Shown here piece by piece: positions 25,801 to 40,799 of a DNA stretch of 64,000 nt. Origin of the DNA: Trichinella spiralis (Eukaryota); NCBI RefSeq assembly GCF_000181795.1, contig NW_003526943.1, forward strand, positions 1,180,487 to 1,244,486, written 5' to 3'. The translations under genes and the position numbers were made by a program. A model generated the notes under the pieces. That model worked only from the letters and a program-made list of their open reading frames with translations, was not told the origin of the DNA and did no database searches. Positions within the stretch are counted from its first letter, which is position 1. Each line of letters starts with the position of its first letter.

Positions 25801-28800
25801 AAATATATTTATATAAAGAACAATTTTAATCATTTTAACTTCTAGGCACTGTATTTTTTCAATCTTATTTGCTGTTATTTACTGTTCGCTAATTTTGCTA
25901 GCTTTAGTCAATTACAATTGCTTACTAAATTTTAAAAGAAATGAATTTTTAAAAATTTGAAATAATGATTCAAAAAGGCACTGATAATGACAGTAATTTC
26001 AAACAGAAAGTTTTAACAATTTAATGAAACAAAAATCTATTGATTGATTATGCATCACAATAATTGCATCATTACTGTTTCTATAAAAGAATAAATTAAT
26101 ACATAATTAAGGATGTAAATATAAATTTTAGTTCAAATTTAATTCTACTCAAATCAATGTTTTCTTACTTAACAAAATTATTTTGTAAAATTTGCAATTG
26201 CATGTGCACTGAGTTCTGTTTCACTTTTGCTCAAAAATATGCTTCATTTGCATATTGCTGCTTCTTATAATGCATTAATGAAAATGTTCAATAGCAGAAT
26301 CTTTATTTCTAAACAATCATACCTTGAATAATATAAAATATCACTTTAATATTTGCACTGCACGCAATGCAAGAAATATAATTCATCATTAATAAATAAT
26401 AACAAGTTTTGATAGACAGTTTAATAATTTTACATTATATCAACAGCATTTAAAACTTACTTTTAAATTTAAATGAATATTTGTGTGGAATTTTTATGAA
26501 ATTTTAAAAATAATTTAATATATAATCAAGTCTTTTATTCATGGTTTCATTTTGAATGCAGTATCAGTCTATGTAAACAATGTTAAAAACTGCAAAATTT
26601 TTGAATTGAAAATTCTATAAGCAGCATTATTTCTATGTAATTATTATTTTCCTGTTTTACTTTAATTAAACAATTTAAACGAATTGATCTGTGCTTAACA
26701 TTAAATTCAAGAATGGCTGACTGACTGGCATATTAATTTTAAGTTAATTATTTGTTTTCTACATTGTTAATCCAGAAAAAATAAACTTTAATAAACACTG
26801 TGCTGTTGATACATTTCAAATTTTAATCTTAATCTTCTTTTGGTTTTTTGGAGTAGGAACGAGTGCATCAGCTACATGTATTATTGATAGATTGAATTAT
26901 CTATTTCTTATCAAATTTCATTGAAATATTTTCTTAAAAACATTTTTTCTTGAAATCTTCAATTTCAAACAGTGATTATTAGAATATTCATTATTTCTTA
27001 CAAATTATTGCAATTCAGAAAGAACCAATTATGTTCATGATGAAGTAGAGCAATTGTGTTTGTTGTGCAAGCTGCTTGACATGCTAGCAAAAGAACACAG
27101 CTTGATTTGCAGTGCATTCAGCGCATCCATGCGGCGTAAATCGATCCGTCTGAATTTAGACTGCTTTGACAATTTAGCATATCTGTACTGAATAGAGCAA
27201 GTATACTTGCTTTATCTGTGCAGCAACCTGAAGCCTACAAAATGCACAACATTCTCAGTTTGTTTGTTTCCTAAATATAGATTTGCCACAACTTCATGAT
27301 GGAATTATTCATCTTGTAAATATCTCACAGTGTATATGTTTATTTGGCAATGAACAGAACAACTTTTGTCAATAAAGTAAGACAAATACACTATTGCTCT
27401 ATTATATTTCTATTAGTATTCTATTCCGTAGTAATATATTTCTGACTGGATAATCTTTTCAAATTTTATTAATAATTTCATGCTCATCTGGTATCTCTGA
27501 GATTTTCTTCACTTTTGTTATTTCTATATAGGTAACACATGATCATATTAGTTTTTAATTTTAGAAATTTAAAAAGATTTTTAATTTAAATGATTAAATT
27601 TCAGTTCCACAAAACTGTGCAAACGCCAGTAAAAATTTACATAGAAAAATGTAATTTGTGAAATTTTTATTCTTGTTAAAGACATCTTTAGAAGTTTTTA
27701 TTAATGCACGTTGAGTTTTTCATTTGTTTTAATAAAAGCAACGTAACGGGTTGTTTTTCATATATTTATTTCTTTATATACTCAGATACTTTAAGATATA
27801 AATGTTTGGACAGAATAAAAATTTTTTGTGGAAAATTAAATATGCTTTGTTTAGTGTTCGTTGAAATCGAAAAAGTCAAAAATCCTCACAGCATGTTTAT
27901 AAGCAGATATTTATAATAATATACATTTGACACATTTGAATTTGAACCGCAAATTCCATTGACAAAAGGCTACAATTTTTCCCTGAAAAAAGCGTATTTG
28001 TAAAATTAAATTAAAAGTTTCTTCCTTTTTGTACTGCATTAAATGCATAATTAGTGAGCCATGATGTAATCAGAATATGTGGAAACCACATGACAATATC
28101 AGGTTGCTTGCCTTTGTTGTACATATTCAATAAATGATAAATTTCAATCACATTTGTAAAAAAGGATTTAAAATAACTGTGAATGTTGTGCTAGATTTCA
28201 AACTTTATTTACATATGAATTCATAAATACATTTAATATTCTGAAAGACAACGGTCTACTTAATTATAACTAGTATTTGCTTCTCGTCTCTACTTAATTA
28301 CTAAAGCTGCTACCTTTACTAAAATCAATTATGATCGATTACATTTTAAACCGACTAATGAATTTAATTTAAAATTTGACTATTCAATCAAAATTTTTTA
28401 CTGCTATTTTTTTATACTTTTTGCACATTTGCAAATATGTGTGCTTTTCATTTCATGCATCTTAAACATCAGTATTTAGCAATTAAATGTACTTTGCATG
28501 AGTAGAATACATTTCAATTGTAGTAACATTAATTTACATTGCTTACAGACTTTAATTATTGAGTTACTGTTATTTAGTTCACTGCTACTTATAAAGGCTC
28601 CAGCTGATTTGAAAATGTCTGTTTTTGTTAACAGTTTAGCATAACTGTTGATTATATTAAAAAAAGTTTTAAGTCTCTACATCAAGAACATTTTGTATCA
28701 AAAATTTTTACTAAAATAAATTGGCACAATTAATATTTCAGCATTTTTATTTATAAATTAATTTATGTATAATAATGACATTTATTTTCAAAAATTAAAT

Positions 28801-30727
28801 AAACTTGCGATACCTTTTTCTTGGATCTCTATATTAAAAAAATTTAATGAAATAACAACTTAGCAGTCATGCTTTTTTATTTGTTACAGTAAACTTACAT
28901 ACTGCATATAAAATTTATAATTAATTTCATTCAACATAATAAGTGTTGTTTTCCTTTTAGAATTAACAAATCTATTTAAAAAATAAAGACACGTTTTGAT
29001 TTAATGTATTATGATGATGAAACACATTAAATAATAAAAAATTATCTAACACACGTCTGTTGATATGTGAGTCTAATATGTTTGAAAAACGAGGGAGAGC
29101 TTGTGCTACAAAATCAAAATTATTATACCTTTATGACAGTAACAGCTTTTTCTATGCTGCAATTACAGCAGCATTACAAAAATGTGCATTAACTTTCACT
29201 CATTGCTTTTACCTTGAAATCTTCAATTTGAGAATTATACATAGAAAAAACATATAGAATAATTTAATAATTTACATTACAATTGTGATAGAATTTAAAA
29301 GTAAAAAGCTGTGGACCTTCTACTGATAGACAAAATTTAACTTGTATTACAACTATATTTAACATAATCAAACGAAGCTATTTTCAATCGCTTTATAATA
29401 GTAAACTTTTCTTTTTACCTCCTATATATAATGTTTCACGTAAAAGTAAAAGTAGCTGAATATTTTGAAGTGTTTATTTTACAGAATTAAAAATTTTACT
29501 TAACAGAAAAGAATTACTTTCTACACAAAAACGGATAGTACTTATCCGTAAAGTTATAATATAATAATGATTATGTCATAATTAATGAATGATCAAGTTA
29601 TGAAAACTGGAATTTAATTTAACAGAAGTGAGATAAATGAATTGTAAAGTATACTAATGAAATTCAAAAAAAATATATCAGATACTGATGATGCTTTATC
29701 AATTTCAGTAAATGTGAAAAGGAACTACATTCAAATGTCATGCTGTATTCAGTGCTTTATGTTAGTTATTTTGAATATTCATGCAAAAGATTTGAGCTAA
29801 AGTAAACAATTTTTAATTGTACAAGCAACGTTGCTTACAAATAGCATGACATCATGCCTTGTTTTTATAATCGCTTATTCTTACAATCAATGCTTGACGT
29901 CAGATCAATGTACATTTTGCAAGCACTATTTGGCGTTTACAATTTCTAATCAAATCTAACATCAGCAATATTGTAATGTATAAACCGAATGTTTCGAAGT
30001 GTAAGTACTGCTTCATTATCTTTTTTAATATATTTTCAAGGGTTCTTTCAATTAATAATGTTATATTTTCTGTATAAACTATTATCACTATGCAAAAGAA
30101 AGGTTACAGTAAAATTCATTTATAGAGTGATTGGTGCCAAATGCATTTAATAAAAATTATAATTTTTTCATTCATTGACACTGCAGATGTCGCATAAACT
30201 TAGACAAATGAATATGTGAAATAATAAAGTATTAAGCATTGGATTAAAATGTGAAAATAAAAAAACACTAAAAGCCTTTGCCAAAATGTTCCTTTCAAAC
30301 AGCTAACAAACTGCAAAAATTGTACATTTTCACTAAATCAATAATAAATGTGGCATTCATTTTTCAGTAAACACTTCTTTGGTCTTTTACTAACTAGCAA
30401 ATTCCCTTTCTTGCAATGAACTGCTAAGTCTGATTGTTAATAGCTAAAAATTAATATTTACTGGTTTACAAATTAAATTGCTGTTTAAACCAAAATGATG
30501 AATAAATAAAGTTATTCAAATGAAAAGTATTCTTATCAAAATATTTTCAAAAATATTGAAATTTTCGTGCATGTAAACAGTTTATGAACTTTCTTATCTT
30601 TTATTTTCAAAAAATATAATGTTATACTTTATTTGGATTCTTTACGAATTAGAAGATATGAATTAAAAACCATTAAATTTCAGTTTATTAAAAACAACAT
30701 TTTTTAGATATAAGTGAATCAACGAAA

Positions 30728-33700
30728 ATGCCAGGAAAGCAAAGTTCTTGGATTTGTCCAAGTGATCGGTTTTTAATTCTGCGTTCACAGTAAGCTATAA
30801 ACCTTTGCTTTTTCTGTTTGGTATGTTGGATAAAAAAATTTATTCAGAATAAAAACAACAACAACTCAACGGTGAAACTTTAATAAATGATAAGCAGTGT
30901 GATTGATGATGACTTGTATAATACGCTCATATATTCAGAGAATCTTTACCTCTATATAAATATGTTTTTCTCAGTTTTGGAATCCACAATTTCTTATTCT
31001 ATCAAAATTATGTTTAACATTCTGAATGTATGCTTCACATAATATAAAACCTAGAGAATCAATTTTTCAATTATCGAAACGATGAACAAATATTTTTTAT
31101 TACCATGATACTTTCAGTGCGCTATTCATGGTCACTATTTTATAAAAATGTTTCATTGTTTCTAATTATTTTAAACTTTGAAAGCTTCATAAAGGAATGA
31201 TAAGAAACTTATTCCAGTATGCTGTTGTTCAGTTAGTTTGTTAAAGTTTTAAATTAAGCTTATGCGGTGTAACTTTTGTTAGTGTTATTTCATTATTAAT
31301 GAAGATAGCATTAAAAGCACATTTTAAATAAGCATATAACATTATATACCTGTGGTATAACATATGTTTTAAACAATTGATTTAGTATGCAAATGTTATT
31401 TATAGACTCAGTGCTGGTTGGTCGGTTTGGAGTGATACTCAAAGGGCAGATAAGTCTACTATTTCAGACAATGAAATGCAACAGATCAAAGATGTGATAG
31501 CTCGTGCAGAGCACATTGAAGAAAACGAACAGCGCCGAATTGGGTAAAATTAGATTTTTGAATTTTTATATAAATTACGTCTGTTTGATAATGAAAACCG
31601 CATTACAGTAATGCAATTTAAAGTACAGTTCTGCAAATAAGGTATAATTGATTAATTAAATAAAACTGCATTATTTAATAAATAATTGGATTACTTTAAA
31701 AAATGAAAACCCACAAACTGACTTCAGTGATCAAGCGGTTATAATTTTTATTAACAGGTTGCGTTTGTTGTTTGGTATTTTGTTTGCAATAATGTGTTAA
31801 ATTGACTTTAAACTTAAATAAATGCTCTTTATAATGGAAAATCGACTGAATTAGACTGTATTGATATACTTTATTTAAATTTGTACTTATAAATACCATT
31901 AGTATTTATTATTATTAATAAAATTAAATGTGGAAGATCTAACTTATTGCATTTTGTAAGCAATGCTATGGTTTGTTATAAACATTTCACATGAAGTTTT
32001 GGGAAATATTGCTTATATGATTTGTTTCAATGGAAAAATCTATCATTGGTTTTTTTGTATTTACTTAAATCATGCATAAACGTGATTGATATTAATAATT
32101 ACACGAAATCAAATATGATTACTCCAAACTGTATGCTTATATATAATTAACTGAAATTTAAACTCCAGTGATAAAATGTATTTTAATTTTATTTTGCATC
32201 ATTTTGTTGAAATTTTCTTTTAATAAAACAAAGATTAATGAAATGTTGAAAACAACTGCTAAAACCAATTATATTACTGTTGTAATAATAGCTTTGAAAT
32301 TGTCGAAAATAAAGTGTAGGCTAAAAGTTCAGAAATAATTATTTATATCAATGATTTTTGTTCATCGCTGTATGAAACAGGTATTTATTAATTAATTAAG
32401 CTACATTTTCAAACTGAAATACTATTCCACGGTGATGCAACATAAAATATCTTTTCTGTGCTCATATTCAATTGAAAATTTTATCCTTTGTATTTGACTT
32501 TATTTGAAATTCAAAACAAAGCGAATGATTCTCCCATCAAAATGATTAAGTAATGATAATGTGTAATAACAAATACTAAAAGTGTTTAAGTGAAATTGAT
32601 TTTGCATGTCTTTTATGCATACAAAATAGCATATAAACAGAAAATATTAAATATTAGCGTGTTTCTTCGAAGATAATAGAAGTCGTGCATGCATCTTTAT
32701 TTACAAGCTAATAAAAGCAGCTTTATATGTTGTTCGATCAGCAGGAGATGATGCTTGATTTTCGCAATAATTTATTTCTTATATTATGTATGGAGAAAGT
32801 ATGAGTCAGTAGATTATGTAACAGCGACAGCATTTGCATTGTAAACAAAGGAATAATAATGATCAATAAGATTGAATGTGCTTTGATTAAACGCTAATTT
32901 CCTATTCTTGTCCAAAAATTGCACTTCAACAAATTTTTGTAATTTTAGTCAAGTAATTTTAACGTTTCTGAAGTTGTTTCCTTTATTTTCTAATATTTCA
33001 AAAACGCTGCATAAATTGTTGTATGACAATAATTTTAAAGAAAAGATGCTTTCGGTTTTTTGTTGCTTATTGATTAATGTTAGCTTTCTTTTTAAAGAAT
33101 CGTAATTATGTGGCAAAGAAGAATTCTGATCAACATTCAAATTATCTACACAATTGTAAATGCAAGTTAATTTTTTTAATTTAAAAAAATAGAAAAGAAA
33201 TTCATTACAGTGCAAGAATAGGTTATAAACAGTTGTTTATTTATTTATCCATTCATTTATTTCGAAATCTTTCAGAATGACTGACAATAAGCAACAACAA
33301 GTACATCATGTACGGGCATTATTGCACATTTTTTGCATTCTTTGGAATCATCAATCAAGCTTTGCATAACGTATTGTGCTATTACTTTTTTCATTTGCAT
33401 TATAAGAATGAGACTTTTTCTCAACATACTTGAAAAGTATTTTAAATATTCGATTGAGAAAAGGTTCTTAAGCAGAAACAGCAAAACATCTGCTTCAAAT
33501 AACATTAGCCTTTATTAAAATTGCATAAATAGCATTTAACATTTAAGCAAAAATACTTTAAATGATATGACTGTTTATGAGATGAGGCAATAAATGTGAC
33601 ATGTCGAAAATGAAGTAGTGATAGCAGGATGTTGGACCTAAATTTAAAACTTGTAAACATGAATTTCAGATGAACTAGTGATGCATATGTTTGACAATTT

Positions 33701-36700
33701 AGTTTCAAATTAAAATCAAAGTTGTAAAAGCTAGTGGGGTATGCACTTGGACGACAGGCTATTTAACTGGAAATCGATAAATTCCGTGATTTCATTGAAA
33801 TATCTTTCAAAAGACGGGCAGCAATGCTTCAATGTTTGGAAAAAGAGTTCAAATCAATCAGCGGTGCAGTTCAAACAAAATCTACTCAATTTCTTCTTCT
33901 GATCACCGACTACCAGCATTTCATCTCAAGAGATGCGCTTGTTTGCAAGAACAAATAAATGATTTTGCAATAACGTCGATTGTATAATGTCATCATTCAG
34001 CTCAATCATTCAAATGAGTAACAGATCCAGGCAGCAAACAGCATCTAGTCACACCATTGCTAATAAATTATCATCTATTGATTGGATAGTAGAGCCATTG
34101 ATTGATTGCTTTTTAAGCAAACTGATGATTTTTCACATTTTTTCAATTTACAACTTCAAATGAAACAGCATTCATGTTTCTTGTTTATAGTTGGATAAAT
34201 GACATTTTTAATTGGAAAATTTTCATTTTAGAAATTTAGCTTTGAACTTTTTCAGTTTAAAACTAAAAAATATAAACTACGGTTCTATTGCAAGTGTAAT
34301 AATTCATTAAGCATTTATTTTGAAAATGACAAAATCACGCAGTTCAATTTATTTTGCAGCGGAGAGTTCATACACAAATTTATAACTTTCCAATTTTACA
34401 TGAATATGCACGAAATTTGAAAATGATTAATTTTAATAATTTAAAATGCTTATTTGAGCAATTCCGTATTGATTAATAATGCATACTTTTTCACAGTTAC
34501 AAATATGCGTTAAATTGTTTTAATAAAATCATTCACTAGTGACTGGACTAGGCAATTTCCTTCTACGGTCTATTTTCAAATGATAAAAAACAATGTCATT
34601 TTTATTGCATTGCAATTATATAGAAATGTTCAAGATCAAAAATTGCACATATATTTTTTTATTTCAAGAAAACTCGTTGAACGACTAGACAGAATGAAAA
34701 AAATGGCTGCTGGAAATGGTATCAACCAGTGTATGTTGTGTGGTGCAAAATTTGGCATGATTGGAACTCGCAGCTTTGCATCATTTTGTCATGATTGCAA
34801 CAAGGTAATAATTGTATTTCAAAATTAAAAATTCCTCTTTATAATATAAATTATAAATTACTGAAAAAATAAAAAAAATAGGAGGAAGCTGTTTAAAAAA
34901 TTGAAAATAACATATTAAACACAACTACATTTTACTGAACGGAATTCAGTTTTGAGCTGTTTTATTTTAAATGCACTTACTTTAAATATTGTAAATTTAT
35001 ATTTTTATATGCTAATATATCATACATGCATTGCATAGATTCGTCAAGATGTACACAATATAAATATTATAAATTTGAAACAATTAAATAGAAGTTAGCA
35101 TTCATTAATAAATGAATATTATAATTATAATATTAATGTCAAATATATTCTTGAAATTTTTTTACCGCATCACTCACTGAAAATGTTATACTTTTTAAAA
35201 TTAATATTTTCTGCTTTTCATCTTGCATTTCGAAATATATCATGTTTTGATGACTTGCATAATTTTAAACTCAAAAAATTTACATTTCCTTTAGGTTTCA
35301 ATACTTTTTTTTAATTCATTGTTCAATAGCACTTGATTTGAAAGTTTGAACAGTGGAAATTTCATGAAAACACTAAAAAATGAATGATAATTAATGCAAA
35401 ATTGCATTGCATTTTTTGCTTAAAAAAATCAGAACTATTGTGTTTAATACAATAATATGTCATCACGAATAATAGCTTAATAATAAAAATGTAAACTTGA
35501 AATTTCCAGATTTTCAACCAATAAAAAAGCAAGTGCACAAATTGACGTTCAATTTCTTCAATGCAGCTTAAAATTTGAAAGGAATGTTAAATTTTGAACA
35601 ATTAAATTGATTAAACTGGTTTTTATTTCCAAATTGAATTTTTCTTTGTATATTTACTTGAATTAAATATGCTTGCTTGTTTAGCAAATATATATGAACT
35701 GCAGCATATTATATATTTATTTAAGTAATATAAAAGGAATGAATATGCTAAAGTAGTAAGAAGTAATTTTTTATGAAAATTCTATTTTTTATATGATGCT
35801 TTTTAAGGATACGATTGAGACTCATCTTTTAGTATCGTCCAATTTCAGTCATAAAAATAAAATAATGCAAACATTGGTATTTTATATTATAACATCAATA
35901 GATTTTCAAATGGGAAACTGTAAAAATTTCCGCCGGTTTGTTTTCCAAATGTGATTGCGCAATTTTTCGCTTCCCAAATCAATACACGATCAGCAGTGAT
36001 AATTTCCTAATCTGTATGATGGATCAGGGGGGAAGTGAAGATTTTGAATTTTCATCAGAATTAAAAAACTATGTTTTTTTTGGTAAAAAGCTGAAGCTAG
36101 CATCCGCAGAACATTTTACTTTATACCTTTCACACTAAATAGCTTACAGTATCAGCACGTGATGCTGTCAGAACAAACTCACATTCCTTGTTCACAATTC
36201 GAATTTTTCAAACTTTAATTAGCCAGCACAATATATTAGATTTTAAATAAAATCCTCTGCATCACGTGAGCTTCAACGCGCTTGTACAAACAAGTAAAAT
36301 CATTATCTGTACATGAATTGCAATGCAAATTTGCAGAAGTAAAAATTAAAAATAAAAATTATCATTTCAGAAAACTGAATATAAAATAAAATATGACTTT
36401 TCCAAACAACGCAATTTTTATTGTAATGAAAACTAAAAATCCACTGCTTTTTAACATTTCATTAGAGCATAAGTTGCATATTCATGATAAATTGTCATAA
36501 CATTTCTTGACAGCACATAACAAATGACAAATTTATTTAATTTCTGCATTAGTGAAAATGAAATAAACCCCTCTGCTGAAATGTAATTTTGAACGGCAAA
36601 AAAGATTCAAACTCGTAAAAAATTGATTTTATTATTTTGGAAAGTAATCTACTTTATTGCCTTTTTGAAAAGCGTTGTAGAAGGCATAATTCTTTTTATA

Positions 36701-39700
36701 TGTTTTATCAAAGCAAAGCACTTCAGTCAATACGTTTAATAACATCCGTTAAATTATCATCATCATAAAAGAATATTCCACATAACTGTTTGAACTTTAT
36801 TTTATATAAAAATTTTATTCTTAAAATAAAATTGTTCATAAAACATAAAACTGACCAAGTTCAGTAGTGTAATATTGATATGAAATTTCATTTTCAAATG
36901 TTCTGACAATAGATTAAATAATCTGCTTGAAAATACTAAACGGACTAGCGCAAATTTTTGAAACACATAAGTGATTTTCTACTTTAAAAAAAGCAAGAAA
37001 GACAATCAGCAGAAATGCCCTTCTTTAATTTTCTGTTCATAGTAGTGAATTTAGTTTGAATTACATTTGAATGAAGAAAAAAACATTAAATGGGAAATGA
37101 TACCCCGAAATACGCGACACATTCAATTCCAGACGGCTTTCATTGAATTTCACAGTGACATAAATTGAATTTCTTGCACATTCACATATCTCATTGTTCG
37201 GTGATTTTCTTAGAATGCCAACTTTTCCTAAGAAAAAAAGCATTTCTGCATATTTTACACGGACAATGCTATAAATTAAGTTTTATTTTTCCTTTTATCA
37301 ATTTTTGCAATAAAATGTCGTTGTTGGAAATGCCATTTATGCAAATGAAAGCAATTTTTCAACAACAAATCCTGCACTACACAATGATTATTCATTTATT
37401 TTTTTAATATTTCATCGTTTCTTCCAGTATGTTTGCCAAAAGAATTGCGGTTTAGAAACGTTGGATAGTAATGGTCAAACAATCTATTTATGCAAGCTTT
37501 GCAGTGAGACTAGAGAAGTATGATTTTTGAAATGCAACAATCACAAGCATATTATTATTATTATGTTGTTATTAGATGTGGAAAAAGTCAGGTGCTTGGT
37601 TTTATAAAGGGATTCCGAATTTTATTAAAGATACAGGTCTGCGTTCAAAAAGCAACGACGTCTCTGTAAGCAATAGTGACGATCGAAGCGGCTTTGATAC
37701 AGTCAGTTTGACATCGATGGATTCGAGATGTTCCAAGGAAAGTTTACCGTCGTGGTCAGGAAAAGCCAAGCACGCGAAGCGTCTTTTGCCCACACCTCCA
37801 TCTGAAAGCCACATTCGCCCTTCACAGCCGCGTTGGGCTATAATCAGTCAAAGTGGTCCATTTATTTTTCTTATTTGCATCGATAGCTTTATTGAACAGC
37901 CATTTCTGTTAAAGGTATCCAATCGTTTGACAAGTGTGTAGATTCGAGTAGCGAAGAAGAGGAAGAGGATAGCAAAGACGAGCAAGAAACTGAAGAAGAT
38001 ATTGACCAAAATAATGAAAATCTAAATCGCAGCCTATTTTTGGATGATTCCGATACGCCTTATTCTCGACAATCGTCTTGCTTGTCGGAATTAGACAATT
38101 CTAAGCCGCTTTCTGAATTGGAAAGCCCAGAATTAAAGCGTCTTTCTGAAGAGGAGAAACGAACAGCAAACGATGTGAAAGAAGAAACTGAAATATACGA
38201 TTCGAAATCATCCATTTCTGAAGGTATGCAAATTCTCCGTTCAACGGGATTAAGTGATCATTATCGTATTCAGTAGCCGTTCACAGCGACAGTCCAGTTC
38301 AAAGCTGTACCAATTCATCGTCGAGATATACGATGGAAATTGCCGAAGATTCAGACGCATCAATTGCTCTTTCGACGTCAGTTCACGATCAAGCAACGTC
38401 AGAAGTCAACAAAATTGCCGACCAACTTGCCGACTGCTCCATGAACAAACCGTACGCTACTACAACACTACAACATTCTGATTCGGCAAAATCGTTCGAT
38501 TCGTCCCTTTATGATTCCTCACCGGACAATGACATAAGTAAAGTATACCGTTTTATTATTTTGAATGCGTTGTTGTCGTGTGTGTTTTTTGCATGTTTGT
38601 ACTTGCAAATGCCATCCATGTTTGTGTTTTATCTATTCAGAGCGGAATATGTCCCTTGACAAAAATGCTTTGGATAAACCAGTGCATGAGGAATATTCTA
38701 CAGAACAATGTTCGAATGGTTTTTCCAGTCCCACAGGTGGGCGTTTTTTGTTCGATGTTTTTTGCATGGTAAAAATGTTGTGATAAATATGAATATTTCT
38801 TGAGATGAATGATTATATGTTTTCAATTTTTTTTTGAAGTGAGACAAATAACTTGTAATTCTTTGAAACACTTTTGCAGATATCAACAGCAGCATTCAAA
38901 AACTGTTACATTTTATTAATACATGAGAATTAAGATTCTAAATTTTCAAACATTTTAAAACGGATCATGTTTTCTAGCTTAAACGTTATTGATTTGAACA
39001 TTAGTATTATGAATACCGTTTGACAGTGAATCATTATAATTATTACTTTTTACTTGCAAATAAAGTGCAAAATATAAATATCTGCATTCTTTTGATTATA
39101 TATATACATATTTTTTGGCACAAATGCTGCAAAATTCAATTAACAAAACTTTCAAGTTAACAATTAATATTCAAGATATAGCTTTACGAAGGTAATAATT
39201 ATCCTTTTAATAGATAATGGTGTAGGTGATTATTTGAATTTTACTAATAATTAAAATAATTAATAATGTTTCAAAATATTAGCATAAAAATTTGTTTCAA
39301 TTTATTAATTTCCAAATTGCATTTCAGCCAGCTTTGGTTCATTGGAATATTCATTACTTTACGATGAGACTGAAGAGATGTTGGTTGTTACCATATTTCA
39401 AGCGTCGGTAATGTATTGCTATGTTTTATTTTAATTTATAGGAAATTGTGAATTGAATTGAAATGAAATTGAAATATAAATTTATAATTAATAAAAAAAA
39501 ATCAACAATGCAATTTAACAAAAATGTCATACAAATATTTTTAAGAATCTTCCAGCAATGGATTCCAACGGTTTCTCAGATCCATATGTGAAATTACATT
39601 TGTTGCCTCTGGCTAATAAGGTAAATTATGAATTATATTAGTTAAAGAGGAGAAAACAACAATTCATTTAGTCGACAAAACTGCGAACTTCTACCAAATG

Positions 39701-40571
39701 GAAAACTTTAAATCCACGATGGAATGAACGTTTAATTTACTATGGCATGAGTAAAGACGATCTGCGAAAGAAGACCCTTCGTCTTATGGTGCTTGATCAA
39801 GATCGCATTGGATCTGACTTTTTGGGAGAAACCCGTGCACCATTGAAGCGTCTCCAGTCGGGAAAGGAGAAATATTTTAATGTTTATTTGGAAAAGCAAA
39901 TGCCGGTGAGTTGTATTGCAATTGTCGCCACAGAAGAGCATAAATATTTGCTGAAGATTGAAATTCAGGTTGAAAAATGCGATGAATTCACCGAAGAGCG
40001 TGGTAAAATTCTGTTAGCTTTGTGTTACGATTTACAAAACAAGCTACTTGCGGTCGAAGTAGTACGCTGCGCAGAACTGGTAGGCATGGACTCTACTGGA
40101 TATTCGGATCCATACGTCAAATTGTATGCGGCAAGTTTATTTTTTCTTTATTCGGATTTTGTATTTGGAGTTTTCAGGACCTTGAAACCTGGAGCTCTGA
40201 AAAGTTACCACGTCAAAACAGAAGTGAAAAAGAAAACGCTGAATCCTGAATATAACCGCGTATTTCAATTTCCGGTCTCTTATGATGAGCTGGCCAAGAA
40301 ATCTTTAGATGTAGAAGTTTGGGACAAGGATGTCGGAAAATTGGACGACTTTATCGGTGAATTTTTACTTTATTTTCCAGATACGCAGATAGATTTATTT
40401 TCATTTTCAATTCAATATTCAGCATTGGAAATTACCATATTTATTGTGGTTTTAGGATCTGTCACCCTGAGTGCAAACGCGAAAAGCGATCGCCTTAAAC
40501 ATTGGATCGAATGCATTCAAAATCCAAATAAACGGATAAAAAAGTGGCATAAACTCACCGGGAAAGTATAA
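30728..40571 (+). CDS. rbf-1: Rabphilin (Rab-binding/FYVE-type Zn finger plus C2A and C2B domains)
   Basis: Exons 30728-30789 (WICPSDRFLILRS), 31406-31543 (LSAGWSV...VIARAEHIEENEQRRIG), 34669-34804 (LVERLDRMKK...CMLCG...CHDCNK), about 37428-37517 (VCQKNCG...LCKLCSETRE) and 37576 onward (MWKKSGAWFYKG). Tandem C2 domains follow (MDSNGFSDPYVKL; MDSTGYSDPYVKL; VWDKDVGKLDDFIG). A further upstream exon is possible because an acceptor precedes the ATG. Confidence 0.95.
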
Positions 40572-40799
40572 TTTTCATCTGCACCGGTTTATATGGCATC
40601 GAAAAGAATGTCGAAAAAAATCCACCAATGTACACGTTATCAGTTATGGTGAACTAACTTTCTCCTATGAACTTCGCTCTGTTATTACAAAATTGCATTT
40701 TAATGCTTTCATTAAAAAAATCAAACATTAATCGATAAATATCGATTCAAAAAACTGCAAAATTTAATGGAATAATTTTATTAGCAAAATAAAGCTACA

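Noticed and set aside
27038..27192. ATGATGA...CTGA, a possible C/D snoRNA
   Set aside because: Terminal stem is weak and I could not identify an rRNA-complementary guide.
23000..33700. Numerous 60-88 aa ORFs rich in F, I, L, K, N and Y
   Set aside because: Expected by chance in very AT-rich non-coding DNA; no motifs or splice-consistent frames.
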